A DNA stretch of 40,000 nt from Bacillus phage SP-15, in sequence record KT624200.1, one strand, 5' to 3'. The translations under genes and the position numbers were made by a program. The notes under the pieces were generated by a model that saw only the letters and a program-made list of their open reading frames with translations, did not search any database and was not told the DNA's origin. Shown here in pieces: positions 1 to 8,072 of the stretch (position 1 is its first letter; each line of letters begins with the position of its first letter).

Positions 1-753
1 ATGAATAAGCGATTATTAGTAATATCGGACATACACGGAGAGTACGATATGTTCGTTAGGTTATTAGATAAAGTAAAGTATAATCCCCAAACTTGCCAAC
101 TAATGTTACTCGGTGACTTCGTGGATAAAGGTCCAAAGTCACGTGAGGTAATCGAGCTTGTGATGAAGTTAGTCGCTGGTGGTGCAAAAGCGTCACTTGG
201 TAATCACGAGTTGTCGTTCTTACGTTGGTTGCAAGGCGATCGATCCCGATTCCATTCCAGTACATCTTCAACCTTTAGGAGTTATGTTTACACTTCAGGT
301 AACGCTAGACGTAAGTACACTCGGTTTGAATTAGATGAGGGTAGACGTTATATACTTAAGCGTTATAAGCATCATGTCAATTTCTTAAAGTCATTGCCTT
401 ATTACTTTGAAGACGATGAGCATGTATACGTTCATGCTGGATTCGATTCATCATCCGACGACTGGAGAAAGAACACGAAGACGGATGACTTCGTATGGAT
501 TAGAGAACGTTTTTATAACAATCCAACTAATGAAGAAAAGATTACTGTCTTCGGACATACTAAATGTCGTCGATTACACGATAGTGATGATCCTTGGTTC
601 GATGGTGATAAGATTGGCATCGATGGAGGTGCATCCGAGCAAGGACAACTGAATTGCCTTGAGATACTAGGTAATAAGGAATATCGGATTCACAAAGTAT
701 TTGCACGTAATGTGCGAGGAGGTAATCAGACTTATGGAAAACAAGCAATGTAA
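1..753 (+). CDS. Calcineurin-like metallophosphatase (PrpE/ApaH/lambda-phosphatase type)
   Basis: Metallophosphatase motifs: ISDIHGEYD, LLGDFVDKGPKS, LGNHE, and HAGFD near the C-terminal half. ATG at base 1; upstream context not visible. Confidence 0.85.
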   Translation: MNKRLLVISDIHGEYDMFVRLLDKVKYNPQTCQLMLLGDFVDKGPKSREVIELVMKLVAGGAKASLGNHELSFLRWLQGDRSRFHSSTSSTFRSYVYTSGNARRKYTRFELDEGRRYILKRYKHHVNFLKSLPYYFEDDEHVYVHAGFDSSSDDWRKNTKTDDFVWIRERFYNNPTNEEKITVFGHTKCRRLHDSDDPWFDGDKIGIDGGASEQGQLNCLEILGNKEYRIHKVFARNVRGGNQTYGKQAM

Positions 754-976
754 AGAAGGAAAAGTTGGATGCTCGGGAGTCAACTGTGAATGCCAATGCA
801 AACACGAGAACATGAAACTGCTTGAGGTAGACTACCCTCATAACGTTATGGTTCAATGCGTTGATTGCACTAAGGTGATCCAATATAGTGGCTTAAGCGT
901 TAGATCGATTAGCACTGGTGAACTCCATGAGCAACATGATTGCGTGGAAATCGTTCTCAACGGAGGACTGAGATAA
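734..976 (+). CDS. Small cysteine-rich hypothetical protein
   Basis: ORF track 701..976; ATG at 734 overlaps the end of the phosphatase gene; Cys-rich (CKEGKVGCSGVNCECQCKHE). Confidence 0.5.
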   Translation: MENKQCKEGKVGCSGVNCECQCKHENMKLLEVDYPHNVMVQCVDCTKVIQYSGLSVRSISTGELHEQHDCVEIVLNGGLR

Positions 977-980
977 CGAA

Positions 981-1120
981 CTATGGGCAACTGTCCATAG
1001 GTTGAGATGCGAGATTCTACTCGCCAATTAGCAAGCGAATTTGCCCAAGGATTAGTGCTTGTTCGAGAGCAAACGAGCCAAATTAGTGTCAAATTCGCTC
1101 AAAAATCATTCGCTTTAAGC
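981..1120 (+). ncRNA. Hairpin cluster in a 350-nt non-coding gap
   Basis: CTATGG/CCATAG; GCGAG/CTCGC; AGCGAATTTG (1034-1043)/CAAATTCGCT (1090-1099) enclosing GCTTGTT/AACGAGC; then CGCTTTAAGCG. Confidence 0.35.
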
Positions 1121-1292
1121 GTCTTTTAACTACATTAACTTAATTGATATAGTACACCTAAATCAATTAGTATAATTGTAAAACCAAGAGACAAGAATGA
1201 CAAAACGTCGGCGAGACACGAGGCGATAAACTTATTATTACGGTAACGCGAAAAGAGCATTCGACACGAAATGCTCCTAGGAATCCTCCTAA

Positions 1293-1303
1293 ACGTTTAT
1301 ATT
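1293..1303 (+). promoter_or_regulatory. Recurring intergenic motif ACGTTTATAHT (copy a)
   Basis: ACGTTTATATTGGTGAG, 27 nt upstream of the ATG at 1330. Confidence 0.5.
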
Positions 1304-1329
1304 GGTGAGACGCTAAGGAGGAGGACACC

Positions 1330-1929
1330 ATGAATCAACAAACTCAAGATTTCTTATTAGCCAAGCATACCGCTAGTTTCACTGGTCATCGACCTAATAA
1401 GCTAGGCGGGTATGATATGAACAATCCAATTAACGTGCGTGCACGTATGGAAATTTTCCGACTAGTCCAATGGCTTGTGGAAGTTAAGAACGTCTATAGA
1501 TTTTATACTGGTGGTGCACTCGGATGGGATCAACTTGCATTTTGGGCAATTGAGAAAGTCCGTAGAATTCATCCCCATATCGAAAATATGTTAGCTATTC
1601 CTTATAGGGATCAGCCTAATATTTGGAGAGATAAATCTGCTGTAGAGACGTATTACAAAATGATAGAGACTGCTACTAAAGTTTTCTATGTTGACGAAGA
1701 ACCTCACTATGGAGTAAAGAATTCTGAACATGGTCGTTATGATATACGTAAGCTTCAGCGACGAAACGATTTCATGGTCGATAAAGGTAAATACCTTATC
1801 GCTGGATATGATGGTTCTAAAGGTGGCACTCAGAATTGCTTCAACTACGCTAGGATGCGTCGTCGGATAATTTACCAAATAAATCCTAAAGAAAATTTCA
1901 ATTTGAAGGTGTGGGATTATGCGGAATAG
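1330..1929 (+). CDS. SLOG-superfamily / DUF1273 (YpsA-like) protein
   Basis: SFTGHRPNKLGGYD, FYTGGALGWDQLAFWAIEKV and VFYVDEE match my recollection of DUF1273/YpsA motifs; strong SD (ctaaggaggaggacaccATG). Confidence 0.75.
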   Translation: MNQQTQDFLLAKHTASFTGHRPNKLGGYDMNNPINVRARMEIFRLVQWLVEVKNVYRFYTGGALGWDQLAFWAIEKVRRIHPHIENMLAIPYRDQPNIWRDKSAVETYYKMIETATKVFYVDEEPHYGVKNSEHGRYDIRKLQRRNDFMVDKGKYLIAGYDGSKGGTQNCFNYARMRRRIIYQINPKENFNLKVWDYAE

Positions 1930-2374
1930 ACGACAATTAGAATGCTCAAGTGCTGGAGACAAGAGATTCTCCTCACTTTATGCTAAGGTCAGTATTTTCG
2001 GTAAAAATGATTGTATTGTAAGTCACGTTCAGTTGTCTAAAAGATTTCTTCATGAAAAACCTAAACACTGGACTGATGCTAGGGGACGTTACGCTACTCA
2101 TCTTGAGATTCAGGGAGTAAGACTGAATCCTCGACTATTAGTTCAATGGAATAAATTCTTATGGATGAAGTACCTGGATGCAAATCCTCAATTGGTTGAA
2201 GAAGCTCGAACTTACAACGTATTCACTGATAAATTCGCAGACGTGGACTCACATGATGCTGAGGCTATTAAGCAATACGTGAAGAAAGGTCGGGAGTCAA
2301 TTATTAAGGAATGCAAAGAACTACTTCAGGTAATATCTGAAAATAATCTTGCTAAACTTTCTGTCGTAAAGTAA
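1919..2374 (+). CDS. Hypothetical phage protein
   Basis: Open reading frame overlapping the previous stop; collinear with neighbours. No family recognised. Confidence 0.55.
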   Translation: MRNRRQLECSSAGDKRFSSLYAKVSIFGKNDCIVSHVQLSKRFLHEKPKHWTDARGRYATHLEIQGVRLNPRLLVQWNKFLWMKYLDANPQLVEEARTYNVFTDKFADVDSHDAEAIKQYVKKGRESIIKECKELLQVISENNLAKLSVVK

Positions 2375-2388
2375 GGAGGTAATCTGCA

Positions 2389-2604
2389 ATGGCTAGAGAA
2401 AATAAACGTACTGTGTATCATCGATGCCCAAATCCTAGATGTGGAAATGAAGGAGTAATGTTCCGAGTAGTTTATACTCCGAACGAGTATTACATCCATC
2501 CTCAGGATCAAGGTAAGGTATGTAATTGCCAAGATGAACCTGTTCCAGTAGGAAGTAACTTGTCTTGGGAGTTATGGGCAAGAGCTAATGGGCATCAAAG
2601 ATAA
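2389..2604 (+). CDS. Small putative zinc-binding protein
   Basis: CPNPRCGNEGV and CNCQ spacing; SD aaggaggtaatctgcaATG. Confidence 0.6.
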   Translation: MARENKRTVYHRCPNPRCGNEGVMFRVVYTPNEYYIHPQDQGKVCNCQDEPVPVGSNLSWELWARANGHQR

Positions 2605-2633
2605 AATCAAACAAATCCTAGAAGGAATTTAAA

Positions 2634-2999
2634 ATGTTAGAATTTTCAAGAAGCGAAAACTTAAATGAAAGTATTTCTTTAGGAGTAATTCGTAGGGACG
2701 ACGTAGCTCAAGTCCTTGTCCAAACACATATAGCTTACGAAGGTAAGAAAATTCCTAAAAAGGAACAAAAGGATGTAGCTTTCAGATTCTTAGCTCTAGC
2801 AGTAGTTAGTGGTGGAGCGAATCAGGCAGAGAAACTTATTGCTGATAGAATCCGTGCTCATGGAGAAAACTGGAGCAAGAAAGGTCTTCTTAGTAAGAAA
2901 TACAAAGGTAACATTGATCAATATGTAGAGAGTGCAATGGCTCAAATAAAAGAAGCTATTGAAGAAGGACTTAAGAAAACAGGCTACGATCAATTGTAA
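2634..2999 (+). CDS. Hypothetical protein
   Basis: SD agaaggaatttaaaATG; collinear ORF. Confidence 0.6.
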   Translation: MLEFSRSENLNESISLGVIRRDDVAQVLVQTHIAYEGKKIPKKEQKDVAFRFLALAVVSGGANQAEKLIADRIRAHGENWSKKGLLSKKYKGNIDQYVESAMAQIKEAIEEGLKKTGYDQL

Positions 3000-3007
3000 T
3001 TTCAAAA

Positions 3008-3047
3008 AGGCTAGTAAAGTTCTCCGCTTGATTGGACTTTGCTAGCC
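3008..3047 (+). terminator. Strong stem-loop directly abutting a TATAAT-containing motif
   Basis: GGCTAGTAAAGT ... ACTTTGCTAGCC (12 bp including one G.U), followed by GTTTATAATGG. Confidence 0.5.
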
Positions 3048-3056
3048 GTTTATAAT
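3046..3056 (+). promoter_or_regulatory. Recurring intergenic motif (copy b)
   Basis: CCGTTTATAATGGTG. Confidence 0.5.
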
Positions 3057-3061
3057 GGTGT

Positions 3062-3090
3062 AAGGTTCCTTGGAAATTCTAAGGAACCTA
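3062..3090 (+). terminator. Stem-loop between the promoter-like motif and the RBS of the next gene
   Basis: AGGTTCCTT-ggaaattct-AAGGAACCT then ATTTATATTTG; could be a terminator or a 5'UTR hairpin. Confidence 0.5.
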
Positions 3091-3112
3091 TTTATATTTG
3101 AGGAGTGATTTT

Positions 3113-3589
3113 ATGTTCACTAAAGATACGTTAGAAGAGTTAAGAAATTTACCTAGACCTGAAAACTTTGGTAGTGACCCTAGACCACTATTTAAAGATG
3201 GAGTATTCAATCCTGATAACTGGAATGGTGGAGATGCTATTCCTCTAGAGAAATACGTTCACCATTTAGACGTTACTCCATTCCACAAATACCATCATCG
3301 AGTAATTCCTGATATATTTAATCCTGATGGTGATGGTGAATATTCTGTTGATTTAATGGAAAGTCTTTATCATTGCAATGACGTATGTTTCGTAACATTT
3401 CTTATGAAAGATACTGGTAGTGATGGAGGATTCTCTAATTACTTTCCTGAGAGTACTAATACCTTAGTTTATGAGAAGTATAAATCACGAGGTCACATCA
3501 GTAATTTATTATTCAATGGTAAACCAATTACTGAAGATGAATATCTTAAGTTCCTTAATTTATTATCAGAGAGTGGTTATAAATTCTGA
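3113..3589 (+). CDS. Hypothetical protein
   Basis: ATG at 3113 preceded by GAGGAG (the ORF track start 3098 is an upstream TTG). Confidence 0.65.
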   Translation: MFTKDTLEELRNLPRPENFGSDPRPLFKDGVFNPDNWNGGDAIPLEKYVHHLDVTPFHKYHHRVIPDIFNPDGDGEYSVDLMESLYHCNDVCFVTFLMKDTGSDGGFSNYFPESTNTLVYEKYKSRGHISNLLFNGKPITEDEYLKFLNLLSESGYKF

Positions 3590-3631
3590 GTAGTAATTCA
3601 TAATACCATTTCAGAATAATTCTTTAGTAGC

Positions 3632-3673
3632 AATTATTTCTTACCAGATTATTTCTTAGAGAATTATTTCTTA
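3632..3673 (+). repeat. Three near-identical direct repeats (A)RATTATTTCTTA
   Basis: caattatttctta, gattatttctta and gaattatttctta within 42 bp. Confidence 0.7.
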
Positions 3674-3688
3674 GCAACATGATTAATT

Positions 3689-3723
3689 ATAACCTACTAG
3701 TTTCTTATTAGCTAGTAGGTTAT
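3689..3723. repeat. Perfect 12-bp inverted repeat
   Basis: ATAACCTACTAG (3689-3700) and CTAGTAGGTTAT (3712-3723), 11-nt loop. Confidence 0.85.
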
Positions 3724-3777
3724 TAATTTATTATCAAAGTATCATTTCAGAAAGTTACGTATCGAAACATTATAATA

Positions 3778-3991
3778 ATAAGTACTTATAATAAGTACTT
3801 ATAAATAATAAGTACTTATAATAAGTACTTATAAATAATAAGTACTTATAATAAGTACTTATAAATAATAAGTACTTATAAATAATAAGTACTTATAATA
3901 AGTACTTATAAATAATAAGTACTTATAATAAGTACTTATAATAAGTACTTATAATAAGTACTTATAATAAGTACTTATAATAAGTACTTAT
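3778..3991. repeat. Tandem array of 15 perfect palindromes ATAAGTACTTAT
   Basis: AGTACT cores at 3781, 3794, 3811, 3824, 3841, 3854, 3871, 3888, 3901, 3918, 3931, 3944, 3957, 3970 and 3983; only two period lengths, 13 and 17 bp. Confidence 0.95.
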
Positions 3992-4101
3992 TATAATGCC
4001 TCGCTAGCTAACTTATTTGATCCCCAGCGAACTAACTAATTAATGCTCAGGGAAGAAATTTAGAACTAATTTCGATCTGGTGCTGTCTAGAAGTCTGCTA
4101 A

Positions 4102-4112
4102 ACGTTTATACT
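4102..4112 (+). promoter_or_regulatory. Recurring intergenic motif (copy c)
   Basis: ACGTTTATACTTTTGAAG. Confidence 0.45.
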
Positions 4113-4141
4113 TTTGAAGTTGGCTCAAGGAGGAGTACGTC

Positions 4142-4576
4142 ATGGAATCTCATTCAATTGTCACTTATCAATCGGATGATCTAAAAGAATTTAAATTAGT
4201 AGTACGTAGGTATGTATCCAAGGATAGGTATCTAGCTGATGTAATTGAATATCAAGGATTTTCAGTTATGAGGTATTTAGCTAGAGCAGTAGAAACTTGG
4301 GTTGCTACAGAAATACTTCAGAATTACGATAACGATTGTCTATCTAAAGGTATGGTATGCACTGATATGGCTATAGGTGCATCAGCAGATAGTCAAGCTA
4401 AATTGTACTCAAGATACTTTAGTAATTTAGAAAATAATCCTTCGTACTCCGAGTTACCTGATGCACGATGTGTTAGATGCGGACATAGCGATTGCATCCC
4501 TGGTATTAACAACTTTGCCATGAAAGAGTTCTACCTTTCATGGAGGTTTGAGGTTAGACAGTTAGGAGAGATTTGA
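4142..4576 (+). CDS. Hypothetical protein with CxxC...C putative metal site
   Basis: CVRCGHSDC; SD aggaggagtacgtcATG. Confidence 0.6.
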   Translation: MESHSIVTYQSDDLKEFKLVVRRYVSKDRYLADVIEYQGFSVMRYLARAVETWVATEILQNYDNDCLSKGMVCTDMAIGASADSQAKLYSRYFSNLENNPSYSELPDARCVRCGHSDCIPGINNFAMKEFYLSWRFEVRQLGEI

Positions 4577-4848
4577 TGTTCTCACTCAAGACATGGACTT
4601 ACATTGTAGTTGTATTACTTGCACTCGTTCCATGGAGTTTAATCCTCTCGATGCAGGGAGGATTTGACTTCAAACCTACCTATATTATAATGGCACTCCT
4701 CGGAGTTGCTATTGCATTATATTCGCTGAAACTTTTCATGATATACAGAGGTCAGGTAGGCAAGACATATTTCTTTATCATAATACTTTTAGCAATCATG
4801 CTCACAATTTCAGGGTCAATACACATCTTAGATTACTTACAACATTAG
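4573..4848 (+). CDS. Small membrane protein (three predicted TM segments)
   Basis: Three hydrophobic stretches; ATG overlaps the upstream stop. Confidence 0.6.
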   Translation: MMFSLKTWTYIVVVLLALVPWSLILSMQGGFDFKPTYIIMALLGVAIALYSLKLFMIYRGQVGKTYFFIIILLAIMLTISGSIHILDYLQH

Positions 4849-4858
4849 GAGGATTCTG

Positions 4859-5500
4859 ATGGACTTCAAAGACATCGAGAAACTACGCACCAAGTTTGCA
4901 GCAGATACTGCAGTGTATCTGTTTGAAGGAATCAATCAGGAAGTTAGTGCTGGAACAGAAGGTACTGTACTTCATCAGGAGCACGATGGAATTTATGTTT
5001 ATTTCAAGATTATTGGGAACACTAGTACCAAGTTCTTCAGATGGGAAGAATTAATGAAAGGTAAGCTGAGAACTAAAGAGGAGTGGAAAACTCTTACTAG
5101 ATCAGCTTGGCATGATAATCAATTTACTTCAGCAATCGTCCAGCTTACTAATATCAAAACTGGTAGTACTGCTGTAAGATATGTATATGGATTCAAAAAC
5201 CTCGAAATGATTGACGAATTCATAGCAATGATGAATCGTCGTCACTGGTTCGTTATTTGGGGAGGAACTCACGATCCAGGTTCAGTAGTAGCATTGGCTA
5301 AATTCAAGCCTACTACGGATGCTCAAATTACAGTACCTAACAGTCAAGATATTGAGGATGTCTTGAGTGGATTTAAACGAATAATAAAAGAGTTAGGTCA
5401 GTATCAAATTCAAGGACTCAGACCTGATATCGAGCAGACTGCACTAGCTAAGTGTAACAAGGAATTAGAAGATTATCTCAAAAGAAATAGAGAAGAGTAG
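4859..5500 (+). CDS. Hypothetical protein
   Basis: Collinear ORF with SD aggaggattctgATG. Confidence 0.6.
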   Translation: MDFKDIEKLRTKFAADTAVYLFEGINQEVSAGTEGTVLHQEHDGIYVYFKIIGNTSTKFFRWEELMKGKLRTKEEWKTLTRSAWHDNQFTSAIVQLTNIKTGSTAVRYVYGFKNLEMIDEFIAMMNRRHWFVIWGGTHDPGSVVALAKFKPTTDAQITVPNSQDIEDVLSGFKRIIKELGQYQIQGLRPDIEQTALAKCNKELEDYLKRNREE

Positions 5501-5511
5501 GGGATTATTAA

Positions 5512-6348
5512 ATGACCAAATTACCAGACAATGCAATACCAGTTCTAGATTTAGGCTACGTTAGACTTAAACCTGATGGTACGATGGGAAATGACCTTTC
5601 AGTAGTTAATGCTGCTAGAGCTAGTTATCTGAAGGAGTCAACAGTTCTGACAGAGGGAGATATCAGATTAATAAAGTTCCTATTGAAACATTCCCATACT
5701 TCTCCTTTCCGTCAAGCTACTGCTCAGCTCGAAATCAAGGCACCACTTATGGTAGCTCGTCAGTGGTTCAAATATCGAGTAGGTCACGATCATGGTCCAG
5801 ATACTGCTGAACTAGTTGGAGTATGTGTTCCTGAAGAGTTGCAAGATTACTTCTTCGACTTTGCTAGCAAAGTATTAGGATACGTACCTGCTGGTGATGA
5901 TAACGGATTCCAGGATTTAATGTATGCTAGAAACGAAGCTAGTCGTCGATACGTAACAATGGAGCCTGAATTCTACATTCCTCAATCAGATGAATGGAGA
6001 AGTGCTCCTGAAAATAGTAAACAAGGTAGCGGAGCTCCTATCGATTCAGAGATGGGTTCTCGATTAACTAGCCTACTTGAGTCAAACGTAGCTAGAGCTA
6101 TGCATGACTATCAGTGGGCACTCGATAAAGGAGTATGTGCTGAACAGGCAAGGTTATTTCTGCCAGCTTATTCGATGTACACAGTCTGGGTATGGACTTT
6201 CTCACTTCAAGGAGCAATCCATTTCTTAGCTCAGAGATTAGAGGATGATGCTCAGTACGAGATTCAGCTCTATGCTAAAGCAGTTCTCGAGCAGATCAAA
6301 CCTCTATTCCCAGTGAGCGTAGAGAAGTTCATGGAATTGAATAAGTAA
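5512..6348 (+). CDS. thyX: Flavin-dependent thymidylate synthase ThyX (atypical signature)
   Basis: HTSPFRQATAQLEIKAPLMVARQWFKYR, NEASRRYV, YTVWVWTFSLQGAIHFLAQRLEDDAQYEIQLYA; the signature region is split by extra sequence. Confidence 0.85.
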   Translation: MTKLPDNAIPVLDLGYVRLKPDGTMGNDLSVVNAARASYLKESTVLTEGDIRLIKFLLKHSHTSPFRQATAQLEIKAPLMVARQWFKYRVGHDHGPDTAELVGVCVPEELQDYFFDFASKVLGYVPAGDDNGFQDLMYARNEASRRYVTMEPEFYIPQSDEWRSAPENSKQGSGAPIDSEMGSRLTSLLESNVARAMHDYQWALDKGVCAEQARLFLPAYSMYTVWVWTFSLQGAIHFLAQRLEDDAQYEIQLYAKAVLEQIKPLFPVSVEKFMELNK

Positions 6349-6362
6349 AGTTACAATTAAGG

Positions 6363-6398
6363 CTTACCCTCTGTCTGAGTAACTTATCAGAGGGTAAG
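6363..6398 (+). terminator. Stem-loop between thyX and the dNK gene
   Basis: CTTACCCTCTG ... CAGAGGGTAAG, 11-bp perfect stem. Confidence 0.5.
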
Positions 6399-6426
6399 TC
6401 TCTGTTTGTGTATAGGGAGGGTCAAC

Positions 6427-7098
6427 ATGAAACTGGAATTAGATTCTGAGGGGACTAAAGTAAATATAGGAGTTGAAGGTACCGTAGGTGCTGGTAAATC
6501 AACTTTAACGAAAGCACTAGCGGAGAAGTTCGGATTCAATCTGGTCAGTGAACAATTTGAAAATCCTTACTTCGATTTATTCTATAGGGAACCTGAGAAG
6601 TATGCATTCTCAATGCATATCCAGATGTTCCGTCAGCACTTCAAAGAAGTCATGAAAGCTATGGAACTAGGAAATGTTATCATGGACAGAACAATGTTAG
6701 CTAGTTTAGTATTCATGAAAGTCCTTCACCAAGAAGGTACTGTTAATGAAGTCGATTACAAAAATTATGTGGATACGATTACGACATTTGCACCTCTAGT
6801 TAAGAGTCCTGATGTTATAATCTACTTGCAGGTTTCTAAAGAAACTAGTGTCCATAGAATTATGAATCGTGGTCGTTCTGCTGAACTTAATGCTAGCATT
6901 TCGTACTGGTACAGATTGCGTGATGAATACGAGAATTGGTATAAGAATTATACTCAATCACCAAAAATATTAGTGAATGTGGACGACCTCGACTTTGCTA
7001 ATAGACCTGAGGATCTTGACAGGACTATTGATCTTATTCGTAAAGAGCTACTAAAGATAAATTGCTCTAAAGTTGCTCAAGCATTTAGAGAAATTTAG
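6427..7098 (+). CDS. Deoxynucleoside kinase
   Basis: P-loop GVEGTVGAGKST, MDRTMLAS motif, RGRSAE lid-like segment; SD agggagggtcaacATG. Confidence 0.85.
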   Translation: MKLELDSEGTKVNIGVEGTVGAGKSTLTKALAEKFGFNLVSEQFENPYFDLFYREPEKYAFSMHIQMFRQHFKEVMKAMELGNVIMDRTMLASLVFMKVLHQEGTVNEVDYKNYVDTITTFAPLVKSPDVIIYLQVSKETSVHRIMNRGRSAELNASISYWYRLRDEYENWYKNYTQSPKILVNVDDLDFANRPEDLDRTIDLIRKELLKINCSKVAQAFREI

Positions 7099-7109
7099 GA
7101 GGATCAACA

Positions 7110-7790
7110 ATGACTGACATCAAACTTAGTTTATCCAAACTGATAAGTCCAGATATAGTTCAAAACATGACATACTTAGAGCCTAGTCGCCACGTGGTTG
7201 ATAGCGTTTCATCATTCACCAGATATACGAATGTCATGGATAAATGTGATGAAAACATATTCCGAGCACATGGAATGAGACATGAAGTGTTAGTGCTTCA
7301 TCCGTCAAGTTCCAAATCTAGAATATCGAGAACTAACGGTATCTACCTTCCTCTCAAGGATGCTAAATATCCGTATACTCAGGTATTCCAAGTTATAGAA
7401 GGTGAGTCGATCTTCTTGCTACAAACGCAACCTTATCAGGCAGAGATTGATTGTAAGTTTATTTCTGCCGATCCAGGAGATATCGTATACATACCTCCAG
7501 GTTACGGTTATACGATATTCAATAGAGGCGATAAAGATCTAGTAATCTCATCTCTAGTTAAAAATGAAGTCTACTATGACGTACGTACAATGCAGTCGAT
7601 GGATGGTCCAGTTTATGAGTTTAGTCGAGAAGAATCTAAACTTACGTTCAGAGTAAATGACTCGTATGCTAACAGTACCGTAACTACAGAGTACGATATT
7701 AGGGATTTGGATGTTCCAGATACTTTTATCACAGGTAGTATCTATGAAGGATTCATTAATTATCCTGAAACATTTAATTTCTTAAAGTAA
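7110..7790 (+). CDS. Cupin-fold protein, resembling archaeal-type glucose-6-phosphate isomerase
   Basis: TQVFQVIEGESIFLLQ ... PGDIVYIPPGYGYTIFNRGDKDLVISSLV; SD aggaggatcaacaATG. Confidence 0.6.
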   Translation: MTDIKLSLSKLISPDIVQNMTYLEPSRHVVDSVSSFTRYTNVMDKCDENIFRAHGMRHEVLVLHPSSSKSRISRTNGIYLPLKDAKYPYTQVFQVIEGESIFLLQTQPYQAEIDCKFISADPGDIVYIPPGYGYTIFNRGDKDLVISSLVKNEVYYDVRTMQSMDGPVYEFSREESKLTFRVNDSYANSTVTTEYDIRDLDVPDTFITGSIYEGFINYPETFNFLK

Positions 7791-7810
7791 GCTTGAGTCA
7801 GCTTTGCTGG

Positions 7811-7821
7811 ACGTTTATATT
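7811..7821 (+). promoter_or_regulatory. Recurring intergenic motif (copy d)
   Basis: ACGTTTATATTGTCGGAG; TTGAGT 18 bp upstream. Confidence 0.45.
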
Positions 7822-7848
7822 GTCGGAGTTGCTCGAGGAGGTAGTTGA

Positions 7849-8070
7849 ATGAGACTTGGAAAGTGGTTAGTAAGAGATGAAAGTGCGGTTAGCCAATACA
7901 TCAAGAATCTCCATCTCATAGAATCAGCTATAGATCCAGATGATTTGTACGTTAGTAACGCAATGTTATTGGATCATGTTATTGACAGCATAGATGACTT
8001 CTTATCCGATACGGACATTGATGAACTCGAAAGTCATCTTGAGTTAATAGCTAAGAAGGGTAGGGTATAA
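7849..8070 (+). CDS. Small acidic hypothetical protein
   Basis: Good SD (gaggaggtagttgaATG) downstream of an ACGTTTATATT motif. Confidence 0.55.
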   Translation: MRLGKWLVRDESAVSQYIKNLHLIESAIDPDDLYVSNAMLLDHVIDSIDDFLSDTDIDELESHLELIAKKGRV

Positions 8071-8072
8071 TA

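Noticed and set aside
853-1092. Minus-strand ORF (79 aa)
   Set aside because: Composition looks random and it overlaps the hairpin cluster; no RBS support.
3778-3991. CRISPR array
   Set aside because: The repeat is a 12-bp perfect palindrome with 1- or 5-nt constant spacers; there are no unique spacers and no cas genes.
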